Source: Klebsormidium nitens (lineage: Eukaryota; Plantae; Klebsormidiophyceae). Taken from it: DNA of 64,000 nucleotides. The stretch spans positions 186,001 to 250,000 of the forward strand of contig DF236977.1 of the NCBI GenBank assembly GCA_000708835.1. The letters run 5' to 3'. The notes beneath the pieces are model-generated. The model worked only from the letters and a program-made list of their open reading frames with translations, did no database searches and was not told the origin of the DNA. The position numbers were made by a program, and so were the translations under genes. Shown here piece by piece: positions 58,501 through 64,000 of the stretch; the stretch's first letter is position 1, and each line of letters begins with the position of its first letter.

Positions 58501-61500
58501 TGTGCAGGAAAGTTGACGAGCGTTCACTCAGTTCTCCAAGTGCAATTCATGGCATTGAGAGAAACTTTTCATGTGAATCTTTAAGGTGGCTCAGAAAAGG
58601 GTGTTTTCTGACATGCTTGCTTCTGAGACGCGACGAAAGGCTTGATTGCCTGATCCGGACTCCCATTCAGACGCTTGTCGCTGCTCTGACCGTCTTCTCT
58701 GGGGCGACTCACCTTTCCGAGCAGCAGCCACTTGACGACGACACTGGAGCTGATCATCATGGTCACGAAGGCGTAGTAAAGGCCCACCAGGAGCACACCC
58801 CACAGCACGGGGTGCACTGAGTAGGGCCACGTGGCAAAGCTGTGCCAGGTTGCCACAACGTGGACGACTTCGATGCACGGCTGGAGGCACACCACTGCTG
58901 ACGCGATCACGACCGCCACGTATGTCACCCAGCGGCCTGCCGCGACGACGAGGGGGACGTGGTAGCCGGATCCGGCACCAACGGGAATGGATACTGCGCA
59001 CGCATGGGGAGCTGATGTAGGACTATCAATCAGAAAGCTTAGACCCGACATGGAAGACCAGCGTCCTACTTTGGAGGCTTTTGTTTAGATTTGGTTTTGG
59101 ATGCCTCTGGTAACGCGAGGCTGTAACAGAACCCGTATACCAGTAGCGGGTCGCGATACAATCACAATAACGAGCGCTCACGGTCTGAGCACAGCTAAAA
59201 TCATGCTTTGGAGCCGTGCGACCACGCATACTAATTCCTTTGGAGTGGGTACCATTGCTTGCTGAAGAAGGCCTATCCATCAGAAATCACAAGCGAACGA
59301 AACCCGTCGCAGCATGAGAAAGACGTGGCCGGACTTACCGTGAGCCGTCTTGCTGACTTCTTGAAAACGCATCCCCACTTCTTCTGCACAGTCCTTGTCT
59401 GGCTCGGCATCAACAACGGTGCCCGCATCGACGGCAGTAAAGGGTGCCACGTGGACACCCTCGCGCAGCTCGCAGCCGCCTCCCAGGACGGCGTTGGTCC
59501 CAACCGTGCAGCGCGCGCGCACGGTGACTGCCCGCAGGATGAGCGTGCCCGGCTCGAAGGAAGCGGCCCGGATCTTGACCCGGCTGTCGAGACGTGAGCC
59601 GTCGCCCACCGAAACGAGGTCCATCTGCGAAAGAATGCTGCGTTACAGTCCGTTCTCAGGAGGTTACACGAGAAGGTGCACGGATTCATAAGCAGAAGCA
59701 ACATCGTTCCTCAAGACTTGGACGGAGCGGTGTGAATGAACATGCAAGGGAATCTAAAATAGGCAAGTCGAAACAGCAAAAGATTGTTAAGAGACTCTCA
59801 ACACGGACTAATGAAGTCCAGAAAACCGGAGGATTTAAAAAATTCCTCGCTTGAGGATGAAGCTGAAGCAAACACGTGTTTGGAGAAAGCTCTTCAAGGA
59901 GGCTAGGTCAGATAGAGATGGCTGGTCTGCAGAATAAGAGATCAGAGTCCTCCAATCTCCAAAAAAGAAATCTGGCATGGATTTGGTCGTCATTTCCAAA
60001 CACTCCAATGCGCAAAACCTCCCTCAGTGCTTCAAGACGAAGCATTAGCAGGGTGCTGACCTCGGACACTGTTTCCAGGGTGAGCCCCGTGACGCCTTTG
60101 CCGATGCGCGCGCCCCCCAGCCCGACGAGGACCTGCTGCCAGCCGGTCATGTTGAGCGTGAAGATGCGGGCCATGGCGACGGTCGTGTAGACACACCACC
60201 ATCGGATATGGTACCAGCCCCATAGGCTATAGCGGCCCGGTTGGTACCGGCCGATGACGAGCCACTTGAAGAGCACCGCCCACAGGCTAAGGCACAGCAC
60301 GTATGCCAGGTACGCGGCAACCAGCAGCAGGGCGTCCCGCAGAGCGACCGGGGAGAAGCCCCGGGGGGCCCGGTGCAGGTGGGCCGCGAAGGTTTGCTTC
60401 ACGATGAAGCCCGCAGGAATGCCCGGTACGGCCAGACCGAGCACGGGAACGATGCTTGCCTGCAAGGAGTGCACGGGATCGTCCGTCTTCTATTAAGTTT
60501 TCCAGAATTGAAATTCGCGCCTTGGACCTTTCATGTCAATCACCCCCATAGTCTTTAGAGCCTTTGTACACTGCATCCAACATTACAGCACCACTTCTAC
60601 ATGGAAAATGACGGGCGAGCCTTTTTCTGACGACTTTGTCGACACGAGAGATCTTTCCCATTGTGAGGGTATTTATTCCAATCGAGAGCTGCCTCATAGA
60701 CCACCTAGATACATGGCAAGCAGATACGAACAGCACGCCTACTGTTGATTTAAAAACAGGGGTCTCAGGGTCTCCGGCCTCTCAGATGGCAGCACTCTGT
60801 TTTTGTAAGCCGACTCCCAAAACAGAGTTCCATTTAAGCTTTGCCGTCTTGCACCGGCAGCGAAATGCTTCAGACTCAGGATTTGGGAAGCAAGTGCAGA
60901 TGTTCGATTCAAAGCGCAACAGACAAAATGAGAAACGCTCACGAGCAACAGGATGACGGGAAGTCGGATCCACTTCGGAAGTGGCCTGTCGACCCGGTCT
61001 TCCAGTGAGGCCTTGTCACTGGCCTTTGGTGCACCATACGCAAAGGAGTCCGTCTTTCCCTGAACATAGATGGTCTCGCTTCAGTTTCTTCTCCCGACAT
61101 GACAGGAGAATGCAATGAGAAATGTAGTGCATGAGTGCGACCGTTGATAGTCAATATTCCAGATAAGGCTTCTCAATCGAAATGTTATGCACAGACCTGG
61201 GTTTATGACTGCAAAAAGGATCAACTGGCAATTCCCGAGACTGAATTTCGTCAGCTTGAGGCAATAAGACCAAACATGAAGCAAGTTCAAGGCTGCGTTC
61301 AGCACAGAACTTTTCGTTCAGCACAAACAGAAAGGAAGCTAGCCTCACCGGGCTAATGCTGCTTCTCTCGGATGGCGGCTTCCCTGCTTCGATGCGCTCC
61401 AGCAGGATGGCCTCCAGCGGCCGACCGTCGGGCAGCACCTCTCCCTGACCCGCCGCCGATTCCAGGAAGAAGTACGCTTTCGCGGCCTCCAACGATGCGG

Positions 61501-63913
61501 CACGTGCCGCCGCCAGGCGCATCTCCACCGTCGGCAGCATCCGGAGCATCGCCAGCTGGCCCTGCCGGAAGTCGACGGACGGCGGGACGGAGTCCGCTGT
61601 TCCGTCCGCTGCATCCGCGGGTCCGATCTGCCCGGCCGAGCGCACCAAGGCGCGGCCACCTCTCGCGGCCGCGTGTCCCTCCTCCTGCGCTGCGTTTGGT
61701 GGTGCGGACTTGGGGGCGCCCGTGAGGGCGACCATCACTGCGTCGGCCAGCGTCTCCGGGGTCGCCCCACCGTCCGCCAGGCCCGCCGTCTCGAAGTCCA
61801 GCTCGATGCCAAATTGTTCGTTGACCGCCTGCAGCGCTTCCGCGGCTTTCAGGGAGTCGAAGCCCAGCTCCACCAGCGGGCTGTGCCAGGCGGCGTCTCC
61901 GTCGACTATTCCCACCAGCCCCGCAATGGCCTCCCGAACTTCGCGGCGCCCACGTGATCCAAAGGATTTGGTTGCTGGATCCGTTCCAGCCGCAACGGTG
62001 TTAACGAGCGCATCCTGGGGCTCGAAATGGCCGGCGCTTTTCAGGCCGGTCCATCCAGGCGTCTGGTCGCCGGCGGTCGCTCTCAGCACTTCCACCGCGA
62101 GGGCGTCCAGCGTGAGGAATCCCTGGTCGAATCCCAGGTCTCCAAGGTCCAACCGCGGCCCCAGATCCGTCTCGATCCTCCCCACCAGCTCCGCTACCGC
62201 CAGCGAGTCCATTCCGGCTTCCGCCAGCGGGCTGCTCCCGTCGAATGGAACGCCGGACTCTTCCAAAGGGGTCATTCGGTACAGCTGGCGGGAGATATTC
62301 TGGAGGCGTTCCGCGGCTCCGGGCGACGGAAGATTTGCACCCACTGCGCTTGCCGCGGTCTTGACCGAGGATCCCTCCCGGGTGGTGGTGGTGAGCTCAA
62401 TGCCTTGCGGACCTTCTGCAGCGTTCCCTTGGACTGGTTCCGGCGCGGTCGTACATTTTGCCTGTACAAAACGCACATCTGTTGGTCAAAAGCGTTGTGA
62501 TCCTGAAAGCTCATACACGTTATCCTCTCGAACCAAAACTTGGATCCATCAGCGGCTTTATGGGTTTCAGCGTTTGCTGGCTCAGAAGTTAAGTAGCCGC
62601 AACAGGTCCTGACTTTTGGCCAGTGAGAAGAACAAGAGAGAAAGTTGGTGGATAGGAATGAAAACTGTCGATCGCGGACGGACTTACAGATGAAAATTCT
62701 GTTCCAAGATCAGTTGTTCGCAGCTTGAGCTGAATGAAACTCGAAGTCTTCCAGTAAAGGCTGGTATCCTATAACATGTCAATCCCAGCCGTTCCTCGAG
62801 CACACGGATCTTGAAACAGCGAGGGTGTGACAACAGTTTTTTCAAGTCGCGTGCCACGAATCGACCGTCCCAGGGAACTGCTTTTCCCCCACATGATTTT
62901 GAATCTGCATTTATTTCTAGCAGCACTTGAGGTTTGTTCCTCTGTTTCCAAAGCTTCGCTTTCGCAGAAGACTAAAGCCCGGATCTCACCTTGGCCAGCG
63001 TGTCTAGCTCGCCCGACGCCCATCGCTGCAGCATGTCGTTTCGGCGGACCTTTCCGCTGGTGGTCTTGGAGAGGGTCTTGGGCGGAAGGATGTATACCCC
63101 GGCCACGGCCACTCCGGCCGTTCCGGCCACGGCGGCGCGGATCCGCCCGGGCAGCTCCGCGGGGCACCGCGCGGGGTCACGCGCCTCCGCAATCAGCAGC
63201 ACGCCCTCGGGCTGGCCCGGCTCACTGGGCGCCTGGGACAGAACGGACAAGGATTGAAGAAGTATCGACTCAATGAAAGGACTGGTCTTAGAGAAGATAG
63301 AAGGGGCCGTTCTGCCTGAGTGCGCCATACGCCAGAAGCTTTCCTGGTAGCTTTACCAGGAAAGGTTAAAAGGAGGATTGAATTCAAGTCATCAGCAAAT
63401 TCAAGTCATCAGCAGATCCTTCTGTGGCAGAAGCTAATGATCTTGTGATTTGCTTGTCAAATCAAAGCTCTGTGACTTCCTGCAAACTCCGAAGTCTTAT
63501 GTGGATGTCAAACCATCCTCGCAAATTTGAAGCGACCATCAAGACATGAAGATGCAAAACTTGACGACATCAAAGCTGTTGAAGAATACCTTTCATTCAG
63601 TAGATCGAGCTTTCAGGTAGAAAGAAGGAAGTCGGAGTTGTTTATTAGGCGCCAACGTGCAAAAACAGGTGTGCAGACTGTGCGACAAAAAGTTTTGCAG
63701 CGCAATCTCATTGTTGTAGACCTCGACCAAGTTCTGCCATTCGGCATCTCACCTGGACCGCAACGATGCCCCCCGGGCGGAGGAAAGTTTCTTCGGCGTC
63801 TTGGACGGCGCGCTCAATGTCTTGTGGGTACACGTTATGTCCTCGCACCACGAGCATGTCCTTGAGGCGTCCCGTCACGAACAATTGGCCTTCCACGATC
63901 TTGCCCAGGTCAC
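55586..63913 (-). CDS. NRPS-like membrane enzyme: FAAL-type adenylation domain (C-terminal part), two ACP/T domains, and three TM + left-handed beta-helix modules (Pls/PosA terminal-domain-like); 5' part outside window
   Basis: Twelve exons: 63913-63753, 63232-62990, 62461-61349, 61059-60943, 60459-60061, 59624-59339, 59011-58691, 58380-58106, 57675-57520, 57266-57080, 56766-56603, 56333-56248, 55919-55586; in phase, with one donor ambiguity. Motifs: GDLG...GRLKDMLVVRGHNVYPQDIE, PKTLSKTTSGKVRR, GMDSL and GFDSL, KWLVIGRYQPGRYSLWGWYHIRWW, GGARIGKGV, KWLLLGK, KWLLLGN, TPLGNWFANCLGARI, hexapeptide-like VTIGDDSVV/ITIGTRCSV, and the end WAGVPAR. Confidence 0.9.
63381..63414. repeat. Perfect 17-bp tandem duplication in an intron
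   Basis: AATTCAAGTCATCAGCA x2. Confidence 0.9.
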
Positions 63914-64000
63914 CTATGCAAAGAAGAAAGCAAGTTAATGTGGCCCTTTAGGATCCCTCAAACGAGCGCTGTAGACACAAGTCACGAGTCTCCGCCGAAT

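Noticed and set aside
50599-60862. Identical 17-mer GTCTTGCACCGGCAGCG at 50599-50615 and 60846-60862
   Set aside because: A single 17-bp match is compatible with chance in 64 kb, and the flanks do not align.
1-64000. CRISPR arrays, rRNA, prokaryotic operons or anti-phage systems
   Set aside because: There are no regularly spaced repeats or rRNA signatures, and all genes are spliceosomal-intron-containing eukaryotic genes.

Overview
Eukaryotic, intron-rich nuclear DNA with GC-rich exons and GT-AG introns of mostly about 230-700 nt. Plant-type genes (KNL1, GNAT3-like, FYD-like, PPT) occur together with a cilium gene (DZIP1-like), which points to a streptophyte green alga such as Klebsormidium (inference). 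I reconstructed nine spliced genes by hand, checking exon phases. They are: (1) a plastid-type coiled-coil protein with a C-terminal CBM25/26-like starch-binding module (-, runs off the left edge); (2) a FYD/At3g12570-like HSP20-fold protein (+); (3) a GNAT3-like acetyltransferase (-); (4) palmitoyl-protein thioesterase (+); (5) a disordered protein of at least 2,340 aa with 14 GW motifs, a WxHDKF motif and an unrecognised 36-aa triple repeat (+); (6) a small GFA/CENP-V zinc protein (-); (7) the kinetochore scaffold KNL1 (-); (8) DZIP1/Iguana-like (+); (9) a FAAL-ACP-ACP-(TM/left-handed beta-helix)x3 enzyme resembling the Pls/PosA NRPS terminal module (-, runs off the right edge). Between genes 6 and 7 lie a TA-flanked MITE and a tRNA-headed retroposon-like insert with identical 197-bp terminal repeats and a 12-bp TSD. 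No rRNA, intact tRNA or CRISPR array was found. The best candidates for undescribed biology are gene 9, gene 5, gene 1 and the retroposon. All family assignments come from motif recognition; no database searches were run.
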